A stretch of 64,000 nucleotides of DNA from Balanoglossus misakiensis (Eukaryota > Animalia > Hemichordata), in contig CM082585.2 of assembly GCA_040954595.2 (NCBI GenBank), positions 3,874,902 through 3,938,901 on the forward strand, given 5' to 3'. The notes under the pieces were generated by a model. That model was not told the origin of the DNA and made no database searches. It saw only the letters and a program-made list of their open reading frames with translations. How positions within the stretch are numbered: the first letter of the stretch is position 1; every line of letters begins with the position of its first letter. The translations under genes were made by a program, and so were the position numbers. Shown in pieces: positions 11,392 to 25,760 of this stretch.

Positions 11392-14175
11392 TCCCGTAGG
11401 ATTTTTGTGCTAAAATTGATTTTTTTGCTGTTTTGGCTTCTATGGGGACCTAACTACCCGAAAAATGACGGAGTGCACTTTTAAGGGCACCTCAATCATA
11501 TTTTTCTGGGGGGGGGGGTACTTCATATGATGTGTATTCCCGTAGGATTTTTGTGCTAAAATTGATTGTTTTGCTGTTTTGGCTTCTATGGGGACCTAAC
11601 TACCCGAAAAATGACGGGGTGCACTTTTAAGGGCACCTCAATCATATTTTTCTGGGGGGGGGGGGTACTTCCTATGATGTGTATTCCCGTAGGATTTTTG
11701 TGCTAAAGTTGATTTTTTTGCTGTTTTGGCTTCTATGGGGACCTAACTAACTACCCGAAAATGATGGGGTGCAATTTTTAGGGTCCCTCCATCATATTTT
11801 TCTGGGGGGTACTTCCGTTTTGGCCTCCCCGAAGATATTTATTCACCTATCTACTCCATTTTCGAAGAATTTTCTGCTAAATTTGCTGTTTTGACTTAAA
11901 TGGGTACCCACCTGGTCACAAAAGATCACATGCAATTTAAGGGCCCCTCTATTACATTTGTGGGGTGGGGGGCACTTCCATTTCGACAATCTTAAGGGTA
12001 TTTGTACACCTATTTCGTGTATTCTCGTAGGAGTTTTTGCTGATAGTTATTTGTTTTGTTTGCTGTTTTGGTTTCAATGATGAATAAACATCATAAACAT
12101 TTGTTGGACCCCTCCATCACATTTTCTTGCAGGGGGGTCACTTTAGTTTTAGCAGCCCTGGAGTTATTTGTTCATTGACCTAACCTTCATAGTGTGACAT
12201 GTGTATTTGTAAAGGATTTCTTCCAATTTCTTTATTTTAATATAACTTCTATGGGGACCTAACTGCTCAAAAATGAGGGAGGTCAAATTTTAGGGCCTCT
12301 CCACAGTTTGGGAATCTCAAATATTAGACGGTTTATGGGGTAAACATATCAGTTACCTACATTTGTAATCTTTACGGCCCTGATACGGGTTTTGCGGCCC
12401 GAGGTCGTACGGCGGAAGCGCCTGACCGCAGGGAGGGCGCGGATCGCCGTACGACCTCGGGCCGCAAAACCCGTATCAGGGCCGTAAAGGTTTTATCATA
12501 TGCCTTATTGAACGATAATCTACAAGAAACTAATAAAATACACATTCTGTAATACTTCGGAATGTAAATATTACGTGTTTATCGATCGTTTTGAAATGAT
12601 CAATCGCGTAGCATAGAGCCGCATTCCTCCAGTTCTTGCGGATTGATATGCATTATGTCATTTGTTTACATTCTGTTGCACGTGAGATACAGACGCGCTC
12701 GAACTCACACAGCTGAGCGCGAGCGAGATATTATTTTTTTCCTCGTAACCATCGACGCCGACAGTCCCACATTAATCAGATCAAATCATCAATATTACTA
12801 AGATATATTTCCAAATAAAGCTCTACAACATGCATCGATTACGGGAGATGATGGGATTCGGTAGCGGCATCACCATAGGACGTACACACGCTGCAAGTGC
12901 AACACAAGTCGCTGACACCGCACCAGAAATTTTTTATTCAGAACGTAGCAACGACAACTTTCGAATCTCGCGCAATAAACACAAAACTAGATCCGGATAT
13001 TGAACGCGTCTTCCAAATATGGTCACCGGGCCGGGGGGGGGGGGGGGGGGGTGATAAGCAAACAAACTGTACGGATGTGAGGGCGCTTTCCCCATAGACT
13101 TTACATGGGCACGTGAATATAGGCATATGATAATATCAGTTGTCGCATATACTAAAGCGCTATCTTAGTTTTATAAATATACTTAGTTGATTTACGACAC
13201 TAACAAATCGACCACAAATATCTCTCTGGTTTGGACTAAGCATAAGATACCTCCCCTCACCTTGGACCGCCACCCAACTCATCACCACACTCATGTTTTC
13301 TATGGTTTACAAAAGTATAGTATACCTGGCTATACCAAATAGTATAATATATTAGGGTTACTCTTTTTTCTCTTTCACGGGGCAATTAGTGGAATTCTGT
13401 GTAGATGTGAACTTTTTCATTAAGAGTTGTTTATTCTTTTTTGCACAATCAATGTCTGAGATATTTACCATTTACTAAAATTCTCACCGATATCAGTGCA
13501 AAAACTCTGAAGTACGTTTTAGTTGAACACTTTTTTTTGGGGGGGGGGGTATTAAAACGATATTTAGTTGAACTCATTTCACAGTTAAATGCTGTCGTAA
13601 ATAAAAACCGTGAAGTTCATATCAGTTGAAGTATTGTCTGTTTTAAAGTGGTATATTTTCAAACTATGAGAAGGGAGTAAATAGGCCAACAAACAACTTC
13701 GGAGTGGCCAAAATGGTAGTGCCCCCCCCCAAATAAAAAATGATGGAGGGGCCCTATAATTTGCACCTGATTATTTTTGGCCAGGTGGGTCCCCTCCAAA
13801 GCAAAAACAACAAATTAATTGTAGCCCAAATTCCAATGATAATAGAGTAAATAGGTGAACAAATATCCTCCAGTGACCAAAACAGAAGAGACCCCCCGAA
13901 AAAAATTGATGGAGGGCCCTAAAAATTGCACCCCATGATTTTTGGGTAGTTGGGTCCCCATTGAAGCCAAAACAGCAAAAAAATCAATTTTAGCATAAAA
14001 ATCCTACGGGAATACATCATACCACAAAACGGAAGTACCCCCCCCAGAAAAATATGATGGAGGTGCCCTTAAAATTGAACCCCATCATTTTCGGGTAGTT
14101 GGGTCCCGATAGAAGCCAAGACAGCAAAAAATCAATTTTAGCACAAAAAAAATCCTACGGGAATACACATCATAC
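11392..14175. mobile_element. Foldback-like element with arms built from ~146-bp tandem subrepeats
   Basis: Unit cccgtaggatttttgtgctaaaattga...tacttc repeated at 11392-~12300 and in reverse complement at ~13680-14175. Confidence 0.75.
12365..13135 (+). mobile_element. Palindrome-capped non-autonomous element B (nested in the foldback element)
   Basis: Palindrome 12370-12489 with CCGCAGG tip; IRs ttttatcatatgccttatt (12491-12509) / aatataggcatatgataata (13116-13135). Confidence 0.8.
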
Positions 14176-14273
14176 CACACTATCAGAAGATTAATTCCTT
14201 AAAACCAAATGAATCCGTAACATTCACAAAATGTGTTTTCCATCACCAAAGAAAACAATCCCATGACAATACA

Positions 14274-14850
14274 GTGCCCCTACCTGATTTTGTAAATTTG
14301 GATTTGATGGGGTCATGAATATGCAAATTAGATCTAAAATAGAATATTTGGTCAAAAATCTTCTACTCCATAACTACATGTACGATGGAGCTGAAATTTG
14401 GTAGGAATGTGTGTTATGGTGTCCCTACCTGATTTTGTTAATTTGGATATGATCGGGTCATGAATATGCAAATTAGATCTAAAAATATAATTTTTGGTCA
14501 AAAATCTTCTTCTCCATAACTACATGTACGATGGAGCTGAAATTTGGTAGGAATGTGTGTTATGGTGCCCCTACCTGATTTTGTTAATTGAAATTTTGAT
14601 GGGGTCATGAATATGCAAATTAGAACCTTGGTGCTCCCTTTTGATGTTGTTCTTTAGGATTCAATTCTTTCTTTCTTTAGCACAATGAATCAAGCTGAAT
14701 TTGGATAAATACTTGTGATGTCTATGTTTGGTCTTGTTCAATAGAATACAATTGTTATGAATTAAAACCTAGTGTATTTATATCATTGCCCAGGTTACAC
14801 TGTTAAAGTCAGCAGAGCTCTTTTGACCGACAGGTCACTTTTTGTTGTTT
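14274..14850 (+). repeat. ~146-bp tandem repeat (about 2.5 units) ending in a short hairpin and T-rich tail, Helentron/HINE-like
   Basis: Repeated gtgcccctacctgattttg...gaaatttggtaggaatgtgtgttatg; tgacc-gaca-ggtca hairpin followed by T-rich sequence at ~14825-14850. Family assignment is inference. Confidence 0.6.
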
Positions 14851-15747
14851 GTTGAACTTTATTGTATTACTGATCAATATGATGAACATGTAACATATCG
14901 CAATGTACCTGCTGTGTTAAATATTGAACTGTATTAAACGGGCAGGGTCAGTGTTCCGTCATTTTTTTTATTTGTTAATTTTTTCATAACTTTACTTTGT
15001 ACATTTAAATGGCTTCGAATTTACTCAGAAATAAACAAAATTGAAGGGAAAACGATGTGTCTTGTCTACTGTGGTACGGGTGTACGTATGTGGGTGTTAT
15101 GTGTGAGATATGACCTGAATGTGACTCCGCCCCCCTAAGATTGCTTATCCGAACTGTTTGCATATCCGAACAAAAACCATGTCTTCCTAGGTGTTCGGAT
15201 AATCGACGTTCTACTGTAAATGTAAATGCATTTTGAAGTACAGATCTAAACATACTGGATATACCCGGTATATATGTATATGAGGAGATCTATGATAATA
15301 GACATGATGGCATGATTCTTTACCCTAATGGTGCAATATAATATTCATTGATGCAATTCTATCTTTAAACCCCCTTAAACTGCCAAATTTCACATACTTT
15401 TCCCACTGTAAAATACTTCAATATATATCCCTATCCTCTACCGGTATATCCTCACCATTAAGCCATATTTCTTGCATTTGCATCAGTTTGTCATATCTTG
15501 GCAAAGAATACCACGATAGCTGTGTACTGTTTGTATTGAGGCTCAGCTGATTAAATCAGTGCGGCACAGTTTTAATACGTAGCGTGTTCAAATCGCAACA
15601 TGCAGTCATAATGGGGCATCAATAAGGTTTTCATTTACATGGACCAATTTAAGTTTGAAAATAAAATAATGGAAACAATGCAAAAAGTGGCAGCTATAGA
15701 GGCTTTAAGGATCATGATGCACGGTCCATAAAATTTAAAGTATTGTC

Positions 15748-16186
15748 ATTTATTATACATCTGGCACCGAGAACAATAGAATTTAGCGTGCAATAAAAAG
15801 CCCTACGGAACGGTACGTACGGAACGCCTGTTAAATAAGCCTTTAGTTTCAAGGCGCCCCAACTCACTGTGTACAGGTATGCGCTGTTTTGCGGGCGGTT
15901 TCAAGACACCCCCACTCCAATGCACATAAACAAAAAAGAAAGATGGCTGCTCACTGAGTCAACTGAGCGGTTTTCGATCGATTGTATCGGCATTTTGGGC
16001 GTTTTTGAAAGCCAAGTAACATGCAACACAAGAACTAACGGAGATGTAAGATGTATAATAATAAGGTTATTACGAAAATACCGCAAAGTATGCACTCGGA
16101 CATTCGCCCTCCACTACGCGTCGGGCGATACTCGGCGCTAATGTCCTCTTGCATACTTTGCGGTATTTTCGTTATAACCTCATATT
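15748..16186 (-). mobile_element. Palindrome-capped non-autonomous element C
   Basis: IRs tattatacatct (15751) / agatgtataata (16049), then palindrome ~16064-16180 whose tip reads GCGTAGT on the minus strand. Confidence 0.7.
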
Positions 16187-16841
16187 CTTTTAACTTCGGA
16201 TTTTTGAGCATATTATTAAAGAATGTGATAAAATATAGGGGTCACTGCTCTTGTTTTTGAAAAACAAGGCTTGTGAATGTAGTTGACATTTGACATAAAG
16301 TGCGGAGTCATCATTTCCGGACAGTAGTTTAATTTGTCAATGGGCAAAAATTTAACAAAGTTTATCTCAAAATAGAGCACAGTGACCTACAATTTTATTT
16401 GACCAATTACTTTTTACTTGATTTAGATGTGAACATTTTTGTGAAAATGACAATAGTAGAAGTGACTTTTCTAGCAATTCTCACAATAATTCTTTGAAAA
16501 AAGATAAATGAACACATATTTTCACAGTTCAACTTCACAAATTTACGTCCAGCACGTACATCCTTAAATGATAATTTTGGTGCTGTTGTATCACAATTTG
16601 ATTCTAAGGAGAGAACAAAAACTTTGGTAAGAGCATACCTTTTTGGGCTTTTTAAGTCATGAAGGGCAGCCATGAAGTGTATCCTTGCCACTGCTAGAAG
16701 TCAATGAATCTTTCACAGAATTCAACAATTTGAAGTTTATCCTCACATTGCTGGCATATAGCATAGACGTTCATCTGCACAAAGTAAAAATATAGCATCT
16801 GGGTCAGTTGGTAATAAAGACAGCCACAGGATCCAGCAACC

Positions 16842-17238
16842 CAATGTGATTAAAATCAGATGTAGTGTTGGGCGCCATTTACCCTTGCTGATTCTTGGCT
16901 GTCCTGTTCGGAAGGGAGGCCCACACTCCATCTGAACCTAAGCCATAGGAGATCTCGTTTAAATTTCACGCTTCCTCAAGCCAATCAAGGTGGTTGTTAG
17001 AGAAGAAAACTGGAAGTGTGGAAAAAACAAATGAACTTGAAAATTAGAAGGGTGTGGCTGCTGGCATGCACATGGCCCATTCTAAAGCATTGGGAAAGCC
17101 TCTCTGTGATTGGTCCAATGGATCCATTCGCTAAAACAAGATATTCCATGGCATAGGTTCCGATGTCGTGTGGCGCTTACACTTGTGAGAACAGAACAGC
17201 TAGCGTCTTTAACTCTACATCTGATTTTAATCAGATTG
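16842..17238. mobile_element. MITE with ~28-bp TIRs and 9-bp TSD (Mutator-like)
   Basis: caatgtgattaaaatcagatgtagtgtt / aactctacatctgattttaatcagattg; flanks ccagcaacc / cctgcaacc. Confidence 0.7.
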
Positions 17239-17959
17239 CCTGCAACCTACATACATGCAATTGGTCATGCTTTCTGAGAAATGAATACAAAAATAAGTAT
17301 ACTGAAATTAACCAAAATCCAGCATTGAAGTATTCATCCTAATTTTAGGACATTGAAATGAGCACATCACAAAGACACCAGTAAATTAAATCAAATTGTA
17401 TAGTCGAGTGGACTGATAAATTCTGATATTTTTTTGACCAAAAGTGGGGAACAAGCAAACTAATGGTCTGAGCATTACCATAATTGAGTCAGTCACCAAC
17501 TGAAAATATTATCAAAAGTGCGGTGGATAGCGCACATACACAAACAATAAATCAATAATTAACTGCTACTCCCTCCATCTTCAAGACCCCCCCCCCCTCC
17601 TTGATATCAATTGGTTCGCCCCTAAATATTGGATTCGTGCTGGATGGGATATATGAACATTTCCACACTTGTGGTAACAAGAAACGTTATCTCTGAATCC
17701 CCAGCTGGACATGTTATAGTAATATTTTAAAACTTACTGTCAACAAATTTCAGCTTGCCAACTGCACAGATTGATCCCAGCTCTGACGATGCGATGGATT
17801 GCCTGACTGTGTGAATGTTCCTAACGTTATCCAGGAGGACGGCCATCTTGAACGTAATTCGGCATGACGTCATATATTACCTTGTATCATCGTTGAGGGG
17901 GTCGACACATCAACGGCAATGCATGTGGAACTGCATTTACCATAGGAGATAGGTGCTTT

Positions 17960-18750
17960 TAATCAGTATTTTTGGTAGGGAAGGTTTGAGAAGTCCATTC
18001 TATGTAAAAATGGTGCTGATTAAAAAAATCAGTCTAATTAACCCACTCAAGACAAAAATTACCATTTTGGCCACTTTTAACCCAAAAAGGGTCATTTCAA
18101 AAATACCAAAAACAAACTGTTTTCTTCACATTCGTAGATCTGATGACTTATGATATGCCTATTCTAGGCAAAATTTGGTGGATATTATGAAAAAAAACAG
18201 TCTAATTGACCCCCACACAAAACAAAATTGACTTTTTAACCATATTTTGCCCCCAAAACATCATCTTTAGACAGAATTTAAAACACACTGTTTTCTTCAT
18301 GTTGGTTGGTCTGATGATGTATGGAATTAAAATAAGGCAGTCTTGTTGACTGAAATCAATAAAAAAATGCCATTTTTGCCACTTTTGGGGGGTCAAACAG
18401 GTCATTTTTACAAAATCTGAAAACATACTGTTTTTTATATGCAGAGATCATGTGATTAATGAAGTCCATTCTATGTACAAAAAATGGGGCTGATTCCAGA
18501 AATAGCAGTCTTATTGACCTGAATCAAGACAAAATTGCCATTTTGCCACTTTTTGTCCCAAAAAGGTCATTTTTAGAAAACAATCACTAAAAAGTTAATA
18601 TATATTTTCTTCACTTTTGGAGATCTGATGATGTATTACATGCCCATTCTATGTACAATTTAGTGACTATTCCAAAGAAGCAGTTTTATTGACACCACTC
18701 AACACAAAAATGCCTTTTTGGAAAGTTTTTGCCCCAAAAGGCCAATAACA
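17960..18750. repeat. Degenerate ~150-160-bp tandem repeat
   Basis: Recurring ccattctatgta...gctgatt...gtctaattgacc...ccattttgccacttt...ggtcatttt...ctgttttcttca. Confidence 0.65.
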
Positions 18751-19399
18751 CACTTTACTTCATAGCATTAAAGAAATTCATTGGCTGTAAGGTATGTACT
18801 AGCTCTTACTTGACTAACGGACAGTAATGTATACGTTAATACCTCATACAATCAATCAATCATTGTACATTTGTCAGATCTTCAGTAAATGGGACGTCTT
18901 TGCTGACACACACCTGTATTACACCAAAATTTGTACAGGGCCTGTCACAGAGGCATTTTTTCTGATAAAAATAATGTTTGGAAGTGACACTTTGCCATAA
19001 TCATTAGTGTCACATTCTATTGTGTACATATGTAAATAAAACAACTTTTTGAATCTGCCCACTTTGTGTTTGTGAATCCCTTCCACCCTGTAAAATAATG
19101 GAATGACCCAGCATACAGGAATTATATTCACACAGAAATGACATCATCAGTCATTGAATACAATACTGTTACTTACTCATTCTTACACTGATATAACATG
19201 ATGACCTCTCCATTTTGTACATGAGAGGGCTTGATTCGTTGTCTTGGGAAGGGTTATTTGTTATTTTAAAGTGATAAGATTTCAGTAGAAAGTGGCAAAT
19301 TTCATAAAATTATATAATCACATACAGTCATTCACATAAATATGTTGTAGATGATGATTTTACTTTTGCACCTATACTCAAGTATGTTTCCCTAATTGA

Positions 19400-20175
19400 A
19401 ATAGTCCTCGTCCTTGTTATTTGCTCAAAATTTAGTCGTCTTCTGGATCCTATTCCATCGGTCAATATTGGCTCTGCATCAATCACTCCAGTAACAACAG
19501 CACATAATCTGGGAGTTGTCTTTGATAATATCCATAAGTATAACCAGCACATCAAGAATACCTGCCAGATCATCTATTTTCATCTTCGACGCATCGGATC
19601 AATATGTCAGTACCTGTCTTCTAAGGATTGTTGTACTTTAATTCATGCAGTTCTTTCAACCAAACTTGATTACTGCAATTCATTACTGTTTGGTCTTCCT
19701 CAATCTGCAATAAAACTACTTCAGCACTCGCAAAATACAGCAGCAAGAATCATCACCCGGTCGAAGAAGGTTGAACATGTTACTCCCACTCTCATCTTTC
19801 TGCATTGGCTACCAGTTTGTGCCAGACTTGAACATTTAAGGCCATTCATGGCCTTACCCCGGAGTTCATTTCTGGCATGGTTAATCGATATACCCCTTCA
19901 CGCAACTTAAGGTCTCGGGAAAAGAACCTTCTGACAATAACACAGTACAAGCAAGTCAACTATGGAGGACGTGCACTTTCTTATGCTGCTCAAAAGCTCT
20001 GGAACTCACTACCTGATGACATTCGTCTAGCTACCAGTCTAGACTCTTTTATGGGGAAACTGAAGACTTGCTTGTTTAAAAAAGCCTACAGTGTGTGAAA
20101 AACCATCGGGCACCACTGAACAGTATATCTGGATATTGGCGCAATATAAATGTTTTTGATTGATTGATTGATTGT
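19400..20175 (+). mobile_element. 5'-truncated, decayed L2-clade LINE (ORF2 C-terminus and 3' tail)
   Basis: Translates to NLGVVFD...YFHLRRIGSI...LIHAVLSTKLDYCNSLL.GLP...QNTAARII...HVTPTL..LHWLPV...YTPSRNLRS...YGGRALSYAAQKLWNSLP; ends in a (TTGA)n tail. Confidence 0.88.
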
Positions 20176-22489
20176 ATATAGACCTTATCTCCCCTGAATT
20201 AAATGGAATCACCCACCAGCAAAAGATGTTGCTTGTGTACACACAAGGTGTCGACCACTGATATAAATAACAGAAATGTTCAAAAGAATTGTGATAAACA
20301 CTTTTTAAATGGTAATTTATACACATGCAACAACAATTGATCCAAAGAAATATCAGAAGAAAAACTGTATCATCAGTGGTCAGAGGTCACATTTTCAAGA
20401 GAGCGAAAATCATAAATATGAAGTGAAATTTGGAGTGAGGGATGTTTTTGGTGAAATATGACCATTTGAGCTGATGAATAATGCACAAAATCTCAAAATT
20501 GATAATTTTGACCATAACACCCCTTTCTGCTTGGGATGGCCCATATGATAGCAAAGTCAATCACTTCAATCAATCAATCAATCAATGGGATTTATAGAAC
20601 GCCAAACTCCACTGCAATAGTGTTCAATGGTGTTTTGCAATGTCATAATTCCACTTAATTAATCCAAGCCACTATTGATTACAATGGCACAGTTGTAACT
20701 CAATTAACTGAAGCCCCATGAGCTGAACTTTTGGGATAATCGAATTTTTCAAACTGTACTACCATTAGTAGTAGCCCATATAGATGTATTCACTGAAGTA
20801 TATACAAGTACTTTTAACCCTAACTGTGAGTAAACATGCAACTTTTGTCCAGAGAAATAATAAAGCTTTGACGCAAAGGAATATGGCTGCCACCGTGGGA
20901 AAATATAAAATATAATGAAACCATTGAATTCCTCTCCTTAAAACTTAATACATAAACCATGATCTCATCCAATTTCTTGTTGTTTTGATATGGGATCAGG
21001 CAAGATCACCTAATTGATAGAATAAAAAGCATTTCCAAGATTATTGGAGATATTTTGCAGCTCTTTGGGCCTTAAAGTGACCTTAAGTTCTGTTATCTGT
21101 GAGTATCCAAGCTAGCATGCAACTCCTTGTCCCATATATTAATGTATAATTCAGGTTTTGTGTTGGAGATTTCAAATTGGCTTTGTGTGCAAACTTTTGC
21201 TATTTCAGTTGAGTATGTTTTGAATCTTGTAAATACAAACTGATTTTCTATTTTCAGAGGGTAACACTGCTAGTGGACAGTCTTGTACCCAAGTTTTCTG
21301 AAGCTCAGATGAGCAATGGAAACAAATTTGCACTGAATGTGCTTGCATGTACTAGAATACTGGTGATTTTAGCTACCATATGCTATGTGTGAGTGGGTTT
21401 GAAACAATTGCAATCTATTGCAATAATTACATGGGACTCACTTGAAACTATTGACAGTAGGGATTTTGTTATGTGGCATAAATTAAAGCAGGCTTGCTTG
21501 CAAAATGAATTTGTGCAGTTAGACTGCTTACAATCTAACTTCATGGTGTGCTCTGATTGGCTTACAAGGATTGGCTTGGTTTGTTTTGGAAGTTAACATA
21601 CAAGAATGTATGGTATACAGGCTAAGCAGATGATGTACATGGATCACTTCGCAGATAGAATAACACAGGGGGTTGTGGGACAGTTTGTGTTCTGATCGCG
21701 CGCGTTAGCCATGTACTGGACGCTATGTTGAACGCAAATAATACCATCATGCATTGCAGATACCGTATCCGCGAAGTGGTCTAATTGTCTCTTTGCACAT
21801 GCACATACTGAATTTATCCAGCAATCTACTGGTTATACATATACCTATGTCTATAACCATGAATAAAGGGAGTTTATTTCCCTTACTAAACCTGCAGCTC
21901 TGTAAATAAGTTGATGAAAAGCTGAGGCAGCTCTGCAGAAACAGACATCATGCAGTCTTTGCAGAGAGCTGAATTGGTGAATATATAATGAGGTATGAGC
22001 TGCATGGGCAGACTCCTCGCAGACAGCCTACAGCTCTTAGGCAGACCCCAGTCTATTGTGTCATGAAATCATGTGCCCCATGAGGAAAGCTTTTCAGTAT
22101 TTGAAAAAAGATGTCTGGTCAAAGCAGTGTACATGCAGTTTTATCTCCTTTTGATTCACAATCATTGGCTTAATTCTGATATTGACATATTTTATACAAG
22201 GTTTGACAAGCAAGACTTCTTTACGGAGTTTGACAGGAGCTAGGCTGTCCTCCTGACCACCCCCATGCCAGAATGATGTCGTCATCACTGTGGGTGATGT
22301 AGCGCGACAGCACAAGTGTATGAAACCATGGAAAGCCCTGGACTATATCACAGCCCCTCTCGCTGTCCATGCAGGCTTAATTTGGTCTGATTGCATACAC
22401 AACACCATATGGTGCTTCTCCTTTGCTAAACGGTTGAGGGCGCGGTCAGTGAAGAGCCCTGCAGCGAACCATGGGCTGTGAGAGGGTCT

Positions 22490-22960
22490 ATAGGAAAGCC
22501 CCTGGCCCGGATGGTACAACTGGTCATGTGCTGAAGGCGGCTGAACTAAGCCCCATGTTTCAGATTTTGTTTCAGTGCTCTATTGATACAGGCACCATTT
22601 CCAAAATTTGGAAGACTTCAAAAATTGTTCCAGTTCCCAAAATTACTTTTCCTTCAGCACTTGACCATTACAGACCAGTGGCAGTAGCTCTTACATCCCT
22701 CGCAATGAAATGTTTGTAACGGTTGATTATGTCTCATCTTCTCCCCTACGTTCAGTCAAAACTAGATCCTAATCACTTCACATATAAGTGTAATAGAGGT
22801 ACAGATGACGCGGTCGCTGTCTCTTTCATAAATTGTTAAAACACCTTGACAAAGCGGGAAACTATGACAAGATTTATTCATCAACTTTAGTTCTGCTTTC
22901 AACACCATTCAGCGTCACTATATGATTCACAAATTATTGCAGCTTGGTATACAATCTGCA
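22490..22960 (+). mobile_element. Decayed Rex1/Babar-type LINE reverse transcriptase fragment
   Basis: KAPGPDG...WKTSKIVPVPK...YRPV.ALTSLAMKCL...LDP.HFTYKCNRGTDDAV...NFSSAFNTI with stops and frameshifts. Confidence 0.82.
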
Positions 22961-25399
22961 ATTTGTGTTTGCCTGGAATTAGGTATGCACATAATTAATG
23001 ACTTAAGCAGGTGTCACAAGTAACCCCAAAATTGGCTGTTCATTATGGTCCCATCCCTCCAAACGCCAAGGCTGTACCTGCTCTTGATGACGAGATATGC
23101 GAACATAGGTCAAAAGTCACCTGAGGTCGCCCAAAATTTGGGCTAAAGATTTTGACCCATTCTGGTCCATGTCCTATAAGAAACAGACATCTAGCCCTAT
23201 TGGTTCGCCAGGAAACAGGTATGCACGTAATGAGTTAAGCAGGTGTCACTGGCTTTTTATTCCATGCTGCACAGTGGCCAATAGGACCATTGCATTGACC
23301 AGCAGAATTCCACAATAAGATGGGGTCATAGCTTAACTATAGAGCTATAAGTATAATGTATAGATTTCATAAAAAATTAATGTAAAAAAAATTGGTCGAC
23401 TTTTCGCAAATGATTGTCATAAGGTAAACTAGCTGCACACCAAATTTGAACTTGATCGGCCCAGCAGATTTTGAGATATTGGGCATAAATCAAAAATCTT
23501 AGGTGGCCATAGCTTAACCATTGAAAGTATAGGCCAATGGTCATGAAAAATATGAAAAATAATGCTAAAATTCGCACAGACTTGGACACTGAAATTTGGC
23601 TAATAGGACCCTGGCCATATGGTCCACAATGTTTGTAACATAATTTTGATTAATCATTTTTATTCAGCAAATGAGATCAACTTTAAATCCAAGATGGACG
23701 CCAGGTCATGTGACATGTTGGCACAGTGGCGTGATAAAAAAAATTCACATTTTGAGTTTTACCTATGAGCCAAATTTCAAGTGATTGGGTGCAACGGTCT
23801 TCTAATAGCGGCTGTTTTTAATTGTGATAAGAATAATAAACATACAGAACTGTGTGAGGTTAACATAAGGTACTTGCATACCTATTATCAAGTCAATATG
23901 ACCAGTGGTTGTTGAGTTTCTGAGTTTTGACCAATTTCACGTTTTCTCAGTCAATTTGCATATTTTGGCAATGAAAACTTCATTCGAACAAACTCCCATC
24001 TACAGCCCTCTGCACACCAAATATGAAGGTTATAAGCGCAGCGTTTTTCAAGTTTTTGATGTGGGTGGACGTACCCGACATACATCCATCCATCTATACA
24101 GACGCAACCGATCCCATAAGGTCCCACTGGTAAATCTATATCTATACCAAAATGGGACCAAATAAAAAACACGATTTTCAGAGGGTTTTGAGAAACTTGT
24201 ACTATGTTGCCAGCCACCACAGCCCCGCATCAATCATCTCAGAGAGTCATAATGTGCTGATCGGACCTTTGACTCTATAATTGCTCTGACATTGACTTCA
24301 AATGTTGAGGTTTATTTGCAACGAAAAAAGGTTGAATTCTGGTTTTTCACTTGGTTGACTGACAAACTTAGACATAGAATGCCATTGTGCTATTCTCTGG
24401 CATTGTTGATAGAGAAAGAATAGGTGATCAGTTCTGCAAAGCAGCTGACCAGATGTCTTGATGGCCCTGCTTAGTTAGAACTCAGAATTTTATATCTGCT
24501 GGCCAAGAATTATACAATTATGAGTTTAGTCCGAATTGTTTTGTTTGGTCCATTACCTCTGTATTCCTGATTCTTGATGTTGGTAAAAACCATACACAAC
24601 CTTGTTTATATGGGTAGATTTTATGGGACCAAGAAGGTGGAAACTTAACATAGTCCTATGTGGTAGACTTACATTGTACAAAAGAGGACAAGAGAGAGGG
24701 TCACATTGAAACACTTTGGGTACAGTTTGATATGACCAAGCTGAGGTGGCATACTTGCATCTAAATTTAACATACCCCTTTGTGCGAGGGTTACGTCATT
24801 ATACAAATTTGGACTAATATAGTGGGAGGGTAAGTTACACTTATTAAATTTTCTGCTGCTGGGAGAGATCTGCATTTAACACAACTGATTGACCCCAATT
24901 TCTCGTGCCTCCGCCTCCAGAATAAATGATAGCTTTGTTACAGCAACCAATTCTCCCTACCTTAAATAGGTTTTAAGCTACCTGAGTGAGCGATGAAAAT
25001 CTCATATTATGGTCGACACAATTTCAAGATGGCCGATTTTTGCCATGTTTAAGAAATGGGAGTTCATAGCTAAAGTGATGATGGGTCATTCTGAAACTTT
25101 TTAACAGAAAAAATAACAAAATGTGAAAAAGTTAAAATGAGGTGCTAACTACAAAAACAGACATGTTTGACCAAAGGAAATCATGAAATACAGTAAACAT
25201 ATCATTTCTTCTATCTCTTACTACAGTGGGTTGTCGACTTTTTGCCCAGAATGCAATGTGATTTGACCCCTTAGCGCAAAGTGAAAACCTATTTAAGGCA
25301 GCCAGAATTCATATTACCCCTCCAGTAAGTGCAGATATAAGACCACACATTTAAAAAATATATTTTTTTATTTTTTTAATAATTAGTGTACACATCTGC

Positions 25400-25546
25400 A
25401 TTGAACTAAATAAATAAAATAAATAAATATATACACTGAGTAAATAAACTAAGTAAATAAATGTATGCTAACTAAACCTATGCTACCTAAACTAATAAAC
25501 CTAATTAACTAAATACTAACTTATACTAATTAACTAAAAACTGACC

Positions 25547-25580
<34 letters not shown>

Positions 25581-25667
25581 ACTATTCAAAAGTTTGGACA
25601 AATACATGTGTACACTCACTCACTCACTCACTCACTCACTCACTCAGACAGACGGACGGACGGATGG

Positions 25668-25701
<34 letters not shown>

Positions 25702-25760
25702 AGACACAGACAGACAGACAGACAGACGGATGGACGGACAGACAGAGACAGACAAACAGG
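25400..25760. repeat. Compound microsatellite: (TAAA)/(ACTA)n, (TCAC)n, (GACA/GACG)n
   Basis: Direct reading; explains ORFs at 25594-25938. Confidence 0.9.
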
